Shown in pieces: positions 10,892-22,615 of a stretch of 64,000 nt of DNA. The position numbers and the translations under genes were made by a program. Below the pieces are notes generated by a model. That model had not been told where the DNA came from. It worked only from the letters and a program-made list of their open reading frames with translations, and made no database searches. The DNA comes from Cladosporium halotolerans. Lineage: Eukaryota. Position 1 is the stretch's first letter. Every line of letters begins with the position of its first letter. Location of the stretch: the NCBI RefSeq assembly GCF_011745625.1, contig NW_027191468.1, positions 372,001 through 436,000 on the forward strand. Reading direction: 5' to 3'.

Positions 10892-12610
10892 TCAAGCAGA
10901 AGCCTCCCACCCCTCCTCGACAGCCTTGTACTTGCTCTTGACCAGCTGGCCCAACCTCTTCTCCATGATCTTCCTGCCCTCGTACGTCTCCCAAACGTGA
11001 TGCGGCGCCTTGTTGACCACATCCCAGGAAATGAGGTTGTCGGTCAACTTGGTCAAGTCCTCCTGCTTGCGGCTCCACTCACTGTCCCTGCGGACAGAGA
11101 CACCAGAGCTGACGACGACAAGCGGCGTGTCGGAACTCTGGATTGTGCGCGCGGACGTCACCTCGTTCTTCGACAGGCTGTCCGCGACCAGATTCTCCTG
11201 CAGCGCGGCCTTGATGAACTTGCCGCCGCCAGGAGCATCCCTACCGTACACGCGGTCCTCGCGCGTGCGGCCTTTAAACAGCGCGCCGCTGATGCGATCG
11301 ATGCCCAGCGGCGAAATGATGCCCCAGGCCCAGAGCAGGAAACCGCGGCCGGGCGACGCGATGCGGTGCAGGAGGTCCTCGTGCAGCGGGTCGATCATCA
11401 TGATGCCGACGACGTCGCGGAAGTGGCGCGCGCTGAAGATGCGCGAGACGATGCTACCGTAGCCGGCAGAAACGAGGATCCAGGGGCCCTCCTCGCCGGC
11501 GACTGCGAGTGCCTCCGCGAGGTTGTCGGCGCTCATGCCTGCGCTGTGAGGAGAGGGCGCGTTATCGGACCACGCGTAGCCGGGGCGGTCCCAGTAGCAG
11601 TAGCGGGAGATGGTGCCGTTCTGGTAGGCGGCGTAGGCCCAGTGCTCGAAGTCGAACTCGAGCGGTACCTCGGCGGCCTCGAGGAGGACGGTAGGCGTGC
11701 GGGTGCCGTTCGCAGATTGAGGCTCGCCAATGCAGGCGAGATGGACTTCGTACTTGCCGCCGTCGACAAAGTAGCGCTGGCCGTCCATCTCAAGGCTTGC
11801 GTCGCGCGATCTGAGGACCAGCGTTGCAGTCATGAGAACGGTGATTACAATATAAACGACCAGAATGATCGTGGCAGTCAACACGGCGAGCCATTCGCGG
11901 AGAGTGCGGCGGGTCTCTGGACGTCCAGTCAGGCGCTCCTCTTCCTCGCGCTTGCCCCAAGCCACAACGCGGTCAGTGGTAACGCAGTATCCCGTGATCA
12001 CGGTAGCCCAGACGACGCTTGCAATGCCAGCCGGGCCTTCCTCAGCTCGAACGCGCGGAACGCTAACGATGATGATGAGATCGACGAGGAGGAAAAGGCC
12101 GATCACGCCTTGGCACACGCGCATGGCCATGCTGGGCGCGGAGAAGAAAAGGAGTGAGCAAAGCAGGATTCCGGCGGTCAGAGTGGTGTAGGAGAAGTCG
12201 AAGAAACCGGAGCCCCTGGTGTGCAGTCCGGGAGGTGAGACGAAGATGCTCACAAGCAAGAGCACCCACCAGAGGAAGGTGATTGCAAGGAACAGCACGG
12301 ACAGGAAGCGAAGGGCGCGGACAGTCCAGAGATTGTATGGCGAAACCTAGCTCGCGTGTCAGTACTGCCATCGGTATAATCTTTGCGCCGCAACAAATCA
12401 ACGTACCGCAGGATCATCGGGATCCAAATACCCATCCGAGTGCGGCGGCGGGTGTGCGCCCAGCAGCCTATCGCGCTCGGTCGGCTCTCTTCTCGACCTT
12501 GACGACCTCGGGCGGTTATCGTCGTGGGATACTCGGAGAGTGCTGTCGTCCCCGTCGCCGTTCACCTGGCTTTCCTCCTCATGGTTCTTGGATCCCCAGA
12601 GAGAGCCCAT
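10892..12610 (-). CDS. Integral membrane protein with C-terminal alpha/beta-hydrolase-fold domain; exons 12610-12407 and 12346-10892 (552 aa)
   Basis: Intron GTACGT...ACTGAC...TAG (12406-12347) gives YLDPDDPA|VSPYNLW. About five hydrophobic segments precede YCYWDRPGYAWSDNAPSP. Confidence 0.85.
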
Positions 12611-13422
12611 GTTGGCTGGCTGTGCTGTGGTCTGGCGCAGCCGTCGCTCTTCTCAAGTTGATGGGCGAAAGTACAGAGCAGAGCAAGAGTTCGCCCGTGT
12701 CCCACAGACGGTAAAGTATTGGAGGTGGTGCTCCCGGCAAAAGCAAGCGCGTTCAGGCGGCCCATAGCTCGCGCGGTGATCGACATGATGATCTGGGCCG
12801 TGCTTGTACGTCATTTCGATCTGGACCAAGCTCAGCCCCGCAAGAAAGCCAATCCAACACCTGCGGGTGACTGCCTTGAGGCGTTCGCAGGATGACATGT
12901 GCCAATTGCCAGCGCGGTGGGTGGCGATGTCTGCAGCTGGAGGGTGGTATCTGCGGTATACAGAGCTGGGGTGTGAGGAAGGCCCGCGTGGCGAGCGCAG
13001 GCAATGCCACCTCTCGCTACGATCGACGCTGGGATACTGGCGACTAATCGTTCGGCTACGCCGTAGGCGCCTGGGCGGTCCTGTCTAGACTGTAGTTACA
13101 TTCTGAGATACCATGTCACTTTGATGATCGCGCGGGTCATATCTCGCAGCGCTGGCACGGCTGGTTGTCATATGGCCCGCGATCATCAATGTACAGGGAC
13201 CAGGTAGCGAGTAACATTCTCGCCTACGAGCCGCCTTCCATGTGCTGAACGCCACCGTACTACTAGCAACACCCTGCAGAGTGTGTGGTACTGTTGGACG
13301 TGAGAAGTCTGCAGCCCATACCAAGTCTTAAACAAGAAGGCAGTGCCCGTTGTGGTGAATAATCCTTCACCGTCGTCGAATCCGTGCCATGAAGACGCGG
13401 TTGTTTTCACAGGTATGTACAT

Positions 13423-16368
13423 CTATCTCCTCCTGCCCTTGATAACAGGCTTGACGACCGCACTCCCCTTGTTAGCAGCCTTCTTCGCCGGCCCTGTGCC
13501 AGCCGCAGTCTCCTTCCTCGCCGCCGTCCCATTCCTCTCCTTCTCCCTCTCCTCGAGCGCCTGCTGCCTCGCTCGGTCTGCAGCAATGCCCCTCTCCAGC
13601 TCCGCACGCTTCGAGTACTCGATCTCGCGCCTCTGGCCACCGTGAATACCTTTCTCCTTGACGCTGTAAAACACACCTCCCAAGTCCGCGAGCCAATGCG
13701 CGTCAACGGCCGTCACGCACGACATGTACTCGCGGCTTGTGAGGATAAGCTCGTGGTAGACGACGTAGTCCGGCGGGTCGCCTGAATTGTACAGCGCAGA
13801 AGTCGGGTGTAGCTGAACGGCAACAGACGTGCGCAGATTGACGTACTCGCCGAGGCCGCGCCGCTTGGCCGCCTGGTGGTAGTAGCCGGCGCAGATGCAC
13901 AGGCGCACGACGTCCGTGTCGTAGCCGCAGGACGCGAGCGGCATTTTGTTCGAGCCCATGATGTCGACGAGCTGGTTGCGGATCTCCTGCGCGCGCCGCA
14001 GCGCCTTCGGGTGCAGGAAGTGCTTCGTGCACCAGCCGTCGCGGTAGCCGTTGGCGGCCCATTGCTGGTAGACGGTGAGGAGGGTGAGGTGGTCTGAATC
14101 GTGCACGAAAAACTTCTCGCGAGCGGCATCGGACTCTTCCAGGCGTTCTTTGGGGCGGTAAAAGACAGATGGCACGGAGAGCATGCTGACGATAGTGAGC
14201 ATCTCTTCGCTGCAGCCGTAGGTGGTCGCGGAGGTGATGACGAGTTTGGCGAGTGATGGGTCCATGGGAAAAGAGGTCATTTGCCAGCCGAGATCTGTCA
14301 GTTCGCCCAGATTGTCGAGGGCACCCAAGGACCAGAGATCGAAAAGGGATGTAGTAATAGTATCCTGAGGTGGCGGGTCCATGAAGTCGAAGTCAAGGAG
14401 ATTCTTTACTCCGAGTGACTTCAGAAGAAGAACAGTATTCGCAAGGTTCGTACGCTGAATCTCGGGAATGGTTGAGATGTAGAATTCGTCACGGAAAGCC
14501 CGTTCGGTGTAAAGATGAAATGCTTTTCCTGGTCCAGTACGGCCAGCACGACCAGCTCGTTGAGATGCGTTGGCCTGCGAAACCGGGGTGATCTGTAGAG
14601 TGTCCATACCCATCTTCGGGTTGTACACCTTGAGTTTGCTAAAGCCACAATCAACCACATACATAATACCGTCCACCGTCAAAGAAGTTTCGGCGATGTT
14701 GGTCGCGACGATGACTTTCCTGACACCAGGTGCAGCGCGATCGAAAATCTTGGCTTGGAGATCCGCGGGCATTTGTGAGTAGATGGGCAAAATGCTGAGC
14801 TTTGGAGGGTCGTTCAGTTGTTTCAGACGCTCTTCGACCAGCTCACATGTGACTTCAATGTCCTCTTGACCAGTCATGAAGACTAAGATGTCGCCTTTTG
14901 GCTGCGAGACGTGGATTGCAAGGACCTGGCGAACAGCACTATCCACATAGTCTTCGCAGGGCGACCGGGAATACTGGATGTCGACGGGAAATGTGCGTCC
15001 AGGAATGAAGAATTCTGGTGCGCCGCCGTAGAATTGAGCAAATCGAGAAGCGTTCATGGTCGCTGAGGTAACGATCAGCTTAAGGTCACGTCTCCGAGCT
15101 AGAACTTTCTTGATGAGCCCCATAAGAACATCCGTGTTCAAAGCTCGCTCGTGGGCCTCGTCCATGATGATGCAAGAATACTGATCCAGGTCGGGGTTCG
15201 TGAGACTCTCACGAAGCAGCACACCGTCAGTCATGTATTTTATAGTAGTGTTCTTGCTCGTGCAATCCTCGAATCGAATCGCATATCCCACTAGGTCTCC
15301 AAGCGGCACTTCCATCTCCTCGCTGACTCGCTTTGCAACGGACATTGCAGCGACACGACGTGGTTGAGTGCAGCCAATCATTTGACCGCCTTTGGCATAG
15401 CCATCCTCGTGTAGGAATTGGGTCAATTGAGTTGTCTTGCCAGAGCCTGTCTGCCCAACTACAATCGTGACTTGATTGTCCCGAATGACGCGAAGCAACT
15501 CTTCTCGGACTGCGAATGCAGGCAGGTACTCTCGTTGCTCGCGCAATGTCTTTGAATTTGAGAAGTCAGAGCTTCCTTCTTGTTTCTTTTTGAAGTGATC
15601 AGAGAACTTGTTGCTTTGAGGCTTCTCCTCTTCCCCAGCCGCAGTCGGAGCAGCAGAGTCAGTGTCTTCCTCTTTGACACCCATAACATTGCCGAGAGCT
15701 GTGCCCGCAACATTGGTGGCTTCTTGGGCCTGCTTCTGCCGTTCCTTCTGTTGTCTCCGCTCTTTTACAACTTTTGAGCCCTTCCTCGAAAATACCGCCA
15801 TGTCGCTCTGCGGATCTCTTACGGCGCTAATCGGGTCTTTCTGAGTTGTGAAGATGGTCTTTCCGTCCAAGAAAGGCGGCCGTAGATCATGAATAAGAAG
15901 ATGTACTCGTGTTTCGTCATTGTCGTCGTCCAGATTGTTGAACTGCTCCCTCGTCTGCGCAACCGAGCTGGCCAACATGCGGTTCGTCTCCCAGGCATCA
16001 GCATCCTGCTGCCTCTGAAGCTGCTTGTGGTTCACCCTTCCTCGAACTGCGAGCTTTTTGGCTAGCAATTCCCTCTCGCGCTCTTGATCTGCCCATGTCA
16101 CGTCTTCCACGCCTCCGAATGGATTGTGCGATTCGTCGCCTAATGCAGCGCCATCTTCGGCGGTGTTGTACCAATCTCTGTCCAGAGCCGCGGCATCGAC
16201 ATCGTCGACGTTCGGTTCGGGTCCAGCGAAGTTGTCGTGAGGTCCATCGCGTTTTCCAGGTCGTGGTCGTTGCGCCCAAGTGGGTGTCTCGTCTCTGTAT
16301 CCGCGGGGTGTTGCGGCGCGCGAATCGTTTAACCGCCGGCGCTTGGGACTGTGGTCGCCTCCAGCCAT
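13423..16368 (-). CDS. PRP16: Pre-mRNA splicing DEAH-box RNA helicase Prp16
   Basis: [23 protein letters not shown] and QRAGRAGR motifs, plus Prp16-type N-terminal LDRDWY and [16 protein letters not shown]. First ATG at 16368; the ORF track starts at a TTG. Confidence 0.95.
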   Translation of the reverse strand: MAGGDHSPKRRRLNDSRAATPRGYRDETPTWAQRPRPGKRDGPHDNFAGPEPNVDDVDAAALDRDWYNTAEDGAALGDESHNPFGGVEDVTWADQERERELLAKKLAVRGRVNHKQLQRQQDADAWETNRMLASSVAQTREQFNNLDDDNDETRVHLLIHDLRPPFLDGKTIFTTQKDPISAVRDPQSDMAVFSRKGSKVVKERRQQKERQKQAQEATNVAGTALGNVMGVKEEDTDSAAPTAAGEEEKPQSNKFSDHFKKKQEGSSDFSNSKTLREQREYLPAFAVREELLRVIRDNQVTIVVGQTGSGKTTQLTQFLHEDGYAKGGQMIGCTQPRRVAAMSVAKRVSEEMEVPLGDLVGYAIRFEDCTSKNTTIKYMTDGVLLRESLTNPDLDQYSCIIMDEAHERALNTDVLMGLIKKVLARRRDLKLIVTSATMNASRFAQFYGGAPEFFIPGRTFPVDIQYSRSPCEDYVDSAVRQVLAIHVSQPKGDILVFMTGQEDIEVTCELVEERLKQLNDPPKLSILPIYSQMPADLQAKIFDRAAPGVRKVIVATNIAETSLTVDGIMYVVDCGFSKLKVYNPKMGMDTLQITPVSQANASQRAGRAGRTGPGKAFHLYTERAFRDEFYISTIPEIQRTNLANTVLLLKSLGVKNLLDFDFMDPPPQDTITTSLFDLWSLGALDNLGELTDLGWQMTSFPMDPSLAKLVITSATTYGCSEEMLTIVSMLSVPSVFYRPKERLEESDAAREKFFVHDSDHLTLLTVYQQWAANGYRDGWCTKHFLHPKALRRAQEIRNQLVDIMGSNKMPLASCGYDTDVVRLCICAGYYHQAAKRRGLGEYVNLRTSVAVQLHPTSALYNSGDPPDYVVYHELILTSREYMSCVTAVDAHWLADLGGVFYSVKEKGIHGGQRREIEYSKRAELERGIAADRARQQALEEREKERNGTAARKETAAGTGPAKKAANKGSAVVKPVIKGRRR

Positions 16369-16610
16369 CGTTACTGCGGCTAACTCCAAATATCAGTACG
16401 ATCGTTGAAGGTTGCGAGTCCTGCAACGGAAATGTGCAACTCTAGAAAGTTGGAGGTCGCGGCTCGGAGCGCATGCAGATCCGCGTGAGCCACAGCGACA
16501 ACCCAAACGCGCGCTGCAATCGCGGGGTCCAGGCAGAACTTCAGACTTCATCTCGCCTTTGGCACGATTAATACTTAACTTTCCATAGTATGGGCTGAAA
16601 CGTCAAACAC
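16369..16610. promoter_or_regulatory. Compact (242 bp) divergent PRP16/PMS1 promoter region with MCB-like ACGCG cores
   Basis: Head-to-head ATGs; CGCGT at 16482-16486 and ACGCG at 16507-16511. MCB control of repair genes is known in yeasts; function here is inferred. Confidence 0.45.
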
Positions 16611-19600
16611 ATGGCCACTATCAAGGCCATTGAGGGCCGTTCGGTCCATCAAATCCAATCCGGCCAGGTCATCGTCGACCTCAACTCCGTTGTCAAGGAA
16701 CTAGTGGAGAATAGTCTGGATGCTGGCGCGACGTCGATCGAGGTCCGCTTCAAGAACCAAGGACTGGATTCGATAGAAGTCTCCGATAATGGCAAAGGCA
16801 TCTCGCCTGAGGATTTTGAGACGATTGCGTTGAAGCACTACACTTCGAAACTTTCGAGCTATGAGGACTTAACTTCTCTGGAGACCTTTGGTTTCCGTGG
16901 CGAGGCGCTGTCTTCTCTATGCGCGCTGTCGAAGTTCCAGATTATCACTGCCAGAGCGGAAGACGGTGCCGTGGGCAAACGTCTGGACTTCGAGATCTCA
17001 GGCAAGTTCAAAGGTGCCAGTGTGGTTGCCGCCCAGCGAGGCACTACAGTCGTTGTTGAGAGCCTCTTCCAAAACCTACCTGTCCGCCGCAAGGAGCTTG
17101 AGAAGAACATCAAACGTGAATATGGCAAAGTCACCTCGCTCTTGAACTCCTACGCCTGCATCAGCGTGGGAGTTCGCTATGCCGTGAGCAATCAAATGCC
17201 GAAGGGCAAGAAAGTGGTTGTCTTCTCCACGAAATCCAACACGACGACGAAAGAGAACATCGTCAACGTATTTGGGGCAAAGACTCTCCTGGCCCTCGTC
17301 AAGCTGGACCTCAAGCTCGAGATGGAGCCGAGCAAGGGCCCTGCTACACAAAGTGCTCGCAATTGGTCCACGCAGGATATCGATCGTTCCAAGGAGGTCC
17401 TGATCCAAGGGCACATCTCGAAGCCGGTCTTCGGCGAAGGACGCCAGGCGCCGGACCGCCAAATGTTCTTTGTGAATTCGCGACCTTGTGCCTTACCTCA
17501 AGTCGCGAAAGCATTCAATGAAGTCTACAAATCCTTCAACGTCTCACAATCACCATTCATCTTCGCGAACCTGATAATGGATACGAATGCTTACGATGTC
17601 AACGTGTCTCCCGACAAGAGATCCATTATGCTACACGATCAGACCGCTCTGCTCGACAGCCTGAAAGCTTCCTTGACGGAGATGTTTGAGCAGACTGATC
17701 ATACAGTCCCGCAGTCTGCGCTCCCAACGCGGAAGTTGCCTTCTTACCAACCTCTGACATTATCGAAGAAGTCTTCGACTGGGCCTTTTCTTGAGGAGAA
17801 CGAAGACGAGAGCGAAGACGACGATGACGAGAAGGAGGATGAAACTCCGAGCGGAGCAGTTCCTGCGCCTCGTGATCGCCGACGCTCAAGTGTGCAGTCC
17901 AGGTCAGCACCGACCGGTCTGATCGAGAGCTGGGCTGGCCGTGACAGCGAAATGCGGAAGAAGCAAGCTACCCCACAGTCTGTCGTATCCAAAGACAAGC
18001 AGAAATTGGTGAACCTGATGCGGAGAAAGTCTGATTCGATAACAACTCCGAACGATGATCATGGTCACCTTGATACGGATGACAGATTTGATGAAGGTGA
18101 AGCCGTGCAGGAAAAGGAACAGAACGGGGACAATATCACTCCTCCAGGCCCAGAAGGCAGTACGCTCGACGCGGGTGATCCAATGAGCACGCCATACGAC
18201 GATCTGTTCTCCCAACGGCCGCACCAAGTGCCTCAGCGGGTTCAAGATTTCAACTCTTTCATGGAACAAGCTCGAGATGCCGCAAAGGGTCAGTCTCTAC
18301 CCAAGGAGCCTGAAATACCTGCAGTGGCACCAAGCAGTCAGAAGTCTACCCCAGGACCTGTTGCGAACGCGTTTGACCGGATGAGACCAAAGCGTACGCC
18401 GTTACAGACCGCTCAGATAACAGTTGGCGGTCAGACTACGACAACAGTCATTGGGAGTGCGCCAATGTACAAGAAGCGCAGAGTGCATGAGCCAGCGAAC
18501 TCCCAGTCTGTCGCTGCGTTTGGCTGCAGCCCACTGCTTGCTCGAGGGTTGCGCAACTTTGCTGCCCCTGGAACGCAGGTCGATGTCGACAGCCAGGCTG
18601 GCTCGTTGCAACCAGGCGCTTCAGACGATGGTGGCCCTGAGGGTGGAGAGGATGACAATGAAGAGGAAGTAGATCACAGTGATGCTCCAGAGGATGAATC
18701 AGATGCGTCGGACTCGGACAACGCTACAGCGAGGCATTTGCACGAGCAGAACGAAGGACCAGCGGAGGATGACGTGGAGCATTCTTCGGACGGTATCGAT
18801 GACATGCTTCTGAATCCCCAGGATGATGCCGAGTCGGACGAAGAGTACCTTGACGAAGACGCCAAGAAGGTCAAAGAAGATGAAAAGGTTGCAAGGTTAA
18901 TACAAGAAGCTGAAGAGGCATCTGCCAGACCATCAACCCAGAACATTCAGCGAGCATCTCAAATCCTCAAGAACTCCACAGGGCGGAAAGATTCGACGCT
19001 TCAGCTCTCGTGCACAATCAACCCTTCACTGAATCAAATCAAGGTTCAAGCCGAAGCTCTCACAGCTGCATTGCCATCGACAGTCGCACAGGACCCTTGC
19101 CATAGCAGCACGCTTATCAAAGACGAAATGGACGCTACTCAAGCCGAACAAAAGCTTTCATTGACCGTGACAAAAGCCGACTTCGAGCGGATGCGAATCA
19201 TCGGCCAGTTCAATGTGGGCTTCATCCTCGCAATCCGCCCGGCATCGACCGATCAAGATCAAGACGAACTCTTCATTATCGATCAGCACGCGGCTGATGA
19301 GAAGTACAACTACGAGCGCTTCCAACGAACAATAACCCTCCAAAGCCAACGCCTCGTCCAACCAAAAACCCTCGAGCTCACCGCCGTAGAACAAGAAGTA
19401 GTCCTCAATCACAGCGAAGCCCTCAAAGCCAACGGCTTTGAGGTCGAAATCACTTCCACAGACACAGAGGAGGCGACGATACGCACCTGCCGCCTCCTCA
19501 CCCTGCCCATGTCGCACACAACGACTTTCGACCTCGCGGACCTCTCCGAGCTCCTTTACCTTCTCTCCGAAGTGCCCACTTCCAGTTCAACTATTCCTAG

Positions 19601-19880
19601 ACCGAAGAAGGTGCAGCGTATGCTTGCCATGCGCGCTTGCAGGAGCAGCATTATGGTCGGCAAGGTGCTGACGCTGAAGCAGATGGAGAGGGTCGTGAGG
19701 AACATGGGGGAGATGGAGAAGCCGTGGAATTGTCCGCACGGTAGGCCGACGATGAGGCATTTGGCGGGTATGGGTTTGTGGAAGGGCTGGAGCGAGGGCG
19801 ATCTTGTGGATGGAGATCAGATTGTGTTGAATGGCGGCGATGATGGGACGGATTGGAAGGGTTGGCTTGCCGGCAGATGA
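16611..19880 (+). CDS. PMS1: DNA mismatch repair MutL homolog Pms1 (PMS2 in mammals), 1089 aa
   Basis: GHKL ATPase motifs VKELVENSLDAGA and TFGFRGEAL; endonuclease motifs DQHAADEKYNYE, ACR and CPHGRP. Confidence 0.97.
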   Translation: MATIKAIEGRSVHQIQSGQVIVDLNSVVKELVENSLDAGATSIEVRFKNQGLDSIEVSDNGKGISPEDFETIALKHYTSKLSSYEDLTSLETFGFRGEALSSLCALSKFQIITARAEDGAVGKRLDFEISGKFKGASVVAAQRGTTVVVESLFQNLPVRRKELEKNIKREYGKVTSLLNSYACISVGVRYAVSNQMPKGKKVVVFSTKSNTTTKENIVNVFGAKTLLALVKLDLKLEMEPSKGPATQSARNWSTQDIDRSKEVLIQGHISKPVFGEGRQAPDRQMFFVNSRPCALPQVAKAFNEVYKSFNVSQSPFIFANLIMDTNAYDVNVSPDKRSIMLHDQTALLDSLKASLTEMFEQTDHTVPQSALPTRKLPSYQPLTLSKKSSTGPFLEENEDESEDDDDEKEDETPSGAVPAPRDRRRSSVQSRSAPTGLIESWAGRDSEMRKKQATPQSVVSKDKQKLVNLMRRKSDSITTPNDDHGHLDTDDRFDEGEAVQEKEQNGDNITPPGPEGSTLDAGDPMSTPYDDLFSQRPHQVPQRVQDFNSFMEQARDAAKGQSLPKEPEIPAVAPSSQKSTPGPVANAFDRMRPKRTPLQTAQITVGGQTTTTVIGSAPMYKKRRVHEPANSQSVAAFGCSPLLARGLRNFAAPGTQVDVDSQAGSLQPGASDDGGPEGGEDDNEEEVDHSDAPEDESDASDSDNATARHLHEQNEGPAEDDVEHSSDGIDDMLLNPQDDAESDEEYLDEDAKKVKEDEKVARLIQEAEEASARPSTQNIQRASQILKNSTGRKDSTLQLSCTINPSLNQIKVQAEALTAALPSTVAQDPCHSSTLIKDEMDATQAEQKLSLTVTKADFERMRIIGQFNVGFILAIRPASTDQDQDELFIIDQHAADEKYNYERFQRTITLQSQRLVQPKTLELTAVEQEVVLNHSEALKANGFEVEITSTDTEEATIRTCRLLTLPMSHTTTFDLADLSELLYLLSEVPTSSSTIPRPKKVQRMLAMRACRSSIMVGKVLTLKQMERVVRNMGEMEKPWNCPHGRPTMRHLAGMGLWKGWSEGDLVDGDQIVLNGGDDGTDWKGWLAGR

Positions 19881-20154
19881 GCTGAAAGATCGTCCATGTT
19901 GTAGCAATAGATTTTTAAGCATGCACAAGCATGAGACACCAACTCGGCCCTGGGGGTCAACAAAACTTATAGTCATGTGAAAATGAGGCTCGCAGATTCT
20001 TGTAGTGCCTTGATCGTCTCCATATTCCCACAGCCAATCTTGCCGTAGGCGGTGTATCTTATTATCTAAGTCCGTGTCGTACGGTAGGCTCAGCTACCCT
20101 AGAGGCATGCCGCTCTAGCAGGTTCTTCAACTCAGTCTCACGCCCGAGCTCTCA

Positions 20155-21269
20155 TCACTCAATATCCATTTCATCCCCACCCTGTCCTCTGCTCTTGCGA
20201 TCCTCAGCCCTCTTCCGGGTAGTCGCCCTCGCGTCCTCCACCCACTTGTCATAACTCCCATCCTTGACCTTAGCGGCGGTCACGCCTTTCATTGCTTCGC
20301 CAATGAACCCCACAAAATTATGTCTCCTCAGCGCATTCTCCCACCGCCACTCCCTCCGCTTCCTCTCCTCGCGCTCCAGCATCTCCTGGTCCCCAATCGC
20401 GCGCGCCTGCACTCTCAGATCCTCGCACATGGCCAACAAGTTGAACCGAATCTCGGTCTGGGGGTATCGAGCGATGCGGCTCTGGAGGACAGGGACGACT
20501 GCGTCGGCGAAGATCTCGCGGGGACACGCGCCGACGTCGCCGTGTCGGATCGGTGCGGGCTGGAGGCCGTCGAGCTCGTAGAGAGTGCTGTTGATCGAGG
20601 TGTATGCGATGAAGTGGTAGACGTCGTCGTCTTCGGTCGCGACTCGCGACTCGTCGCTGATGAAGGGTGAGCTGCGCGCGAAGGAGTTGTGGGTGTCGCG
20701 GATTAGGTCGGAGTTGGAGAGGGCTTCGCCGCGGAGCTGTTGTGGTTTGGTTAGCTGCCGAAGCGAGTTGATGTGTCTCAAGTCAACAGGGTGTACTTAC
20801 ATCTGAGGGGAAGGCAGATGTGAAATCCTTGAACTCCCTCAAGGTTGGGCCGATGTCCACATTGCCATCTTCCGAGCTTCCGTCCTTGTTGAGGAGCACG
20901 CTCAAAAGAGCTTGTGTGCCGCATGCATTTTGGATCGTCTGAGCCGCAAACCACACGTTCTGTTCTCCCTGTGCTTCTATCGCAGCGAAATCAAACTCGC
21001 CATCTTGAGGCTTATCTTTCTGAGGCTTCTCGCCTGTTGGGTATTTGAAGAGGAAGATTACACCGATCGGGTTGAGTTGCTGAAGCGATTCTGCGTCTAG
21101 CGACACGAGCTCTTCGAATTGTACATTCTTTGTGCCGAGTGATTCAATAAGATATGTGAAGACGCCCTAAAGGTGGAGTGTTAGCTTGCAGATCTAGGAA
21201 TAGCAGGCGGACTGTTAGCGTGAGTATACTTGCAGCATCCGACTCGATCGTGTTCCAGCCGCCTGACAT
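20155..21269 (-). CDS. UCH37: Ubiquitin C-terminal hydrolase UCH37/UCH-L5 (peptidase C12); exons 21269-21234, 21166-20801, 20736-20155 (327 aa); first intron GC-AG
   Basis: WNTIESDA|GVFTYL, QTIQNACGTQA (catalytic Cys), YHFIAY, LYELDGL and the C-terminal ENALRRHNFVGF ULD tail. Confidence 0.93.
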
Positions 21270-21532
21270 TATCGTGGTGGTATGTCTGTCGCCGATCAAA
21301 GATGAAGTCCGGTTCACTCCAAGTAGGATCTCAGGCGTCTTGCACTTGTCACGGTACGTTCGACTGGCGCAAACTAACCTTCGCAATCCAGTAGCGTTTC
21401 ACTTGGCCGCGGTGGTCGCGCGAGGAAAACGTCATCAGAGCCAAGAAACGTCCATCTCCGAAACCAGGCAAGATCACGCCTCGCGCCTGCATTCCCAATT
21501 GCATCACACGCCCGTTGCACGCCGAGCTAGCA

Positions 21533-22615
21533 AGTAAGAGCTATCTGCCCCATCCCTTCCGCTGCGCGCATATTTTCACCGCACTCACCAACACCACCTT
21601 TTGTTCAAAGTGTCTTCAGATACCCTCGAGTTCCTCCGTCGGCCAAACAGCGCCGTCGACCTCCCTACATCAACACCAGCCGCGGAAGCAGCTCCTGCAC
21701 CCGCACCCACACCTGCAGCTACAAAACCAGAGCCTGTGCCAGCACAAGAGCCTGCACCTGAACCCGTAGCAGCTCCCACTCCGGCACCAGTCGAACCCCT
21801 TGCTCCCAAGCCCTCGGAACCAGCTCCCGTCCCAGCGCAAGAGCCCCAGTCCAACGGTGCTCCTGTCGAAAACAAGCCGGAAGAACCTCAACCCGCCGAA
21901 CCCCAAACCGACAACATGAGCTACGCAGACGCCGCCTCCAAGGGCCCCAAGCAGACCGACGAGGAGAAGTAAGCTCGTCCCCGAAGCCTACCGCCCTCGC
22001 AGCAAAACCGTACACTAACATCGCCCTTCAGGATGCCCGACTACGTCCCCGAGATCGCGCACGACGACAGCGGCGTGCACTCGCTCGACTCGCTCGACAG
22101 CACGCACATCCAGTCCGCGCCCTCCTTCGCGGACCAGCAGCTCGAAGCCGAGCGCGCCGAGGAGAAGGCCCGCGAGGCCGCGAAGGCGACCCGCGAGGAG
22201 GCCGAGAAGGCCGCCAACAAGGCCGAAGACGAGGCCAAGGACTACGCCCGCAAGGCTGAGGCCAAGGCCGAGGAGCTGAAGAAGAAGGCCGGCGTCCAGG
22301 GCAAGAAGGCCAAGGAGGAGGCGAAGGAGGCCGAGGAGTGGGCGGAGAAGAACAAGGGCAACCCCGTTGTCATTGGCAACGTTGTCGCCGTTGCTGCCCT
22401 CGGTACTCTCCTTGGTGTTGGCGCGTACAGGAAGTACAACGCCCAGGAGCTTACCTGGAAGGTCGCTGGCGCTTGGGCCGGTGTTGTTGGCTTGTTTGCT
22501 GTTGGTGACTACTACGTCAGCCAGTAAGTGATGTTCACCTTCAATGTTTTTTGCAAGAATTCCGCTAACATATTACAGATGGCTCTTCAAGAACCGCTAC
22601 CCGCCGAAGAACTAG
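21533..22615 (+). CDS. OM14-like mitochondrial outer-membrane protein. Long form: 21533 + 21611-21968 + 22032-22523 + 22579-22615 (295 aa). Short form from ATG 21916 (193 aa)
   Basis: MSYADAASKGPKQ start motif, Ala/Glu/Lys coiled coil, two C-terminal hydrophobic segments (NPVVIGNVVAVAALGTLLGVGAY; WKVAGAWAGVVGLFAVGDYYVSQWLF). Canonical introns at 21969-22031 and 22524-22578. Family assignment is from memory. Confidence 0.75.

Noticed and set aside
10724..12157. 477-codon + strand ORF opposite the membrane hydrolase gene, and similar shadows at 28335-29285 and 43277-44125
   Set aside because: Antisense shadows of GC-rich coding sequence, with no ATG start in most cases and no motifs.
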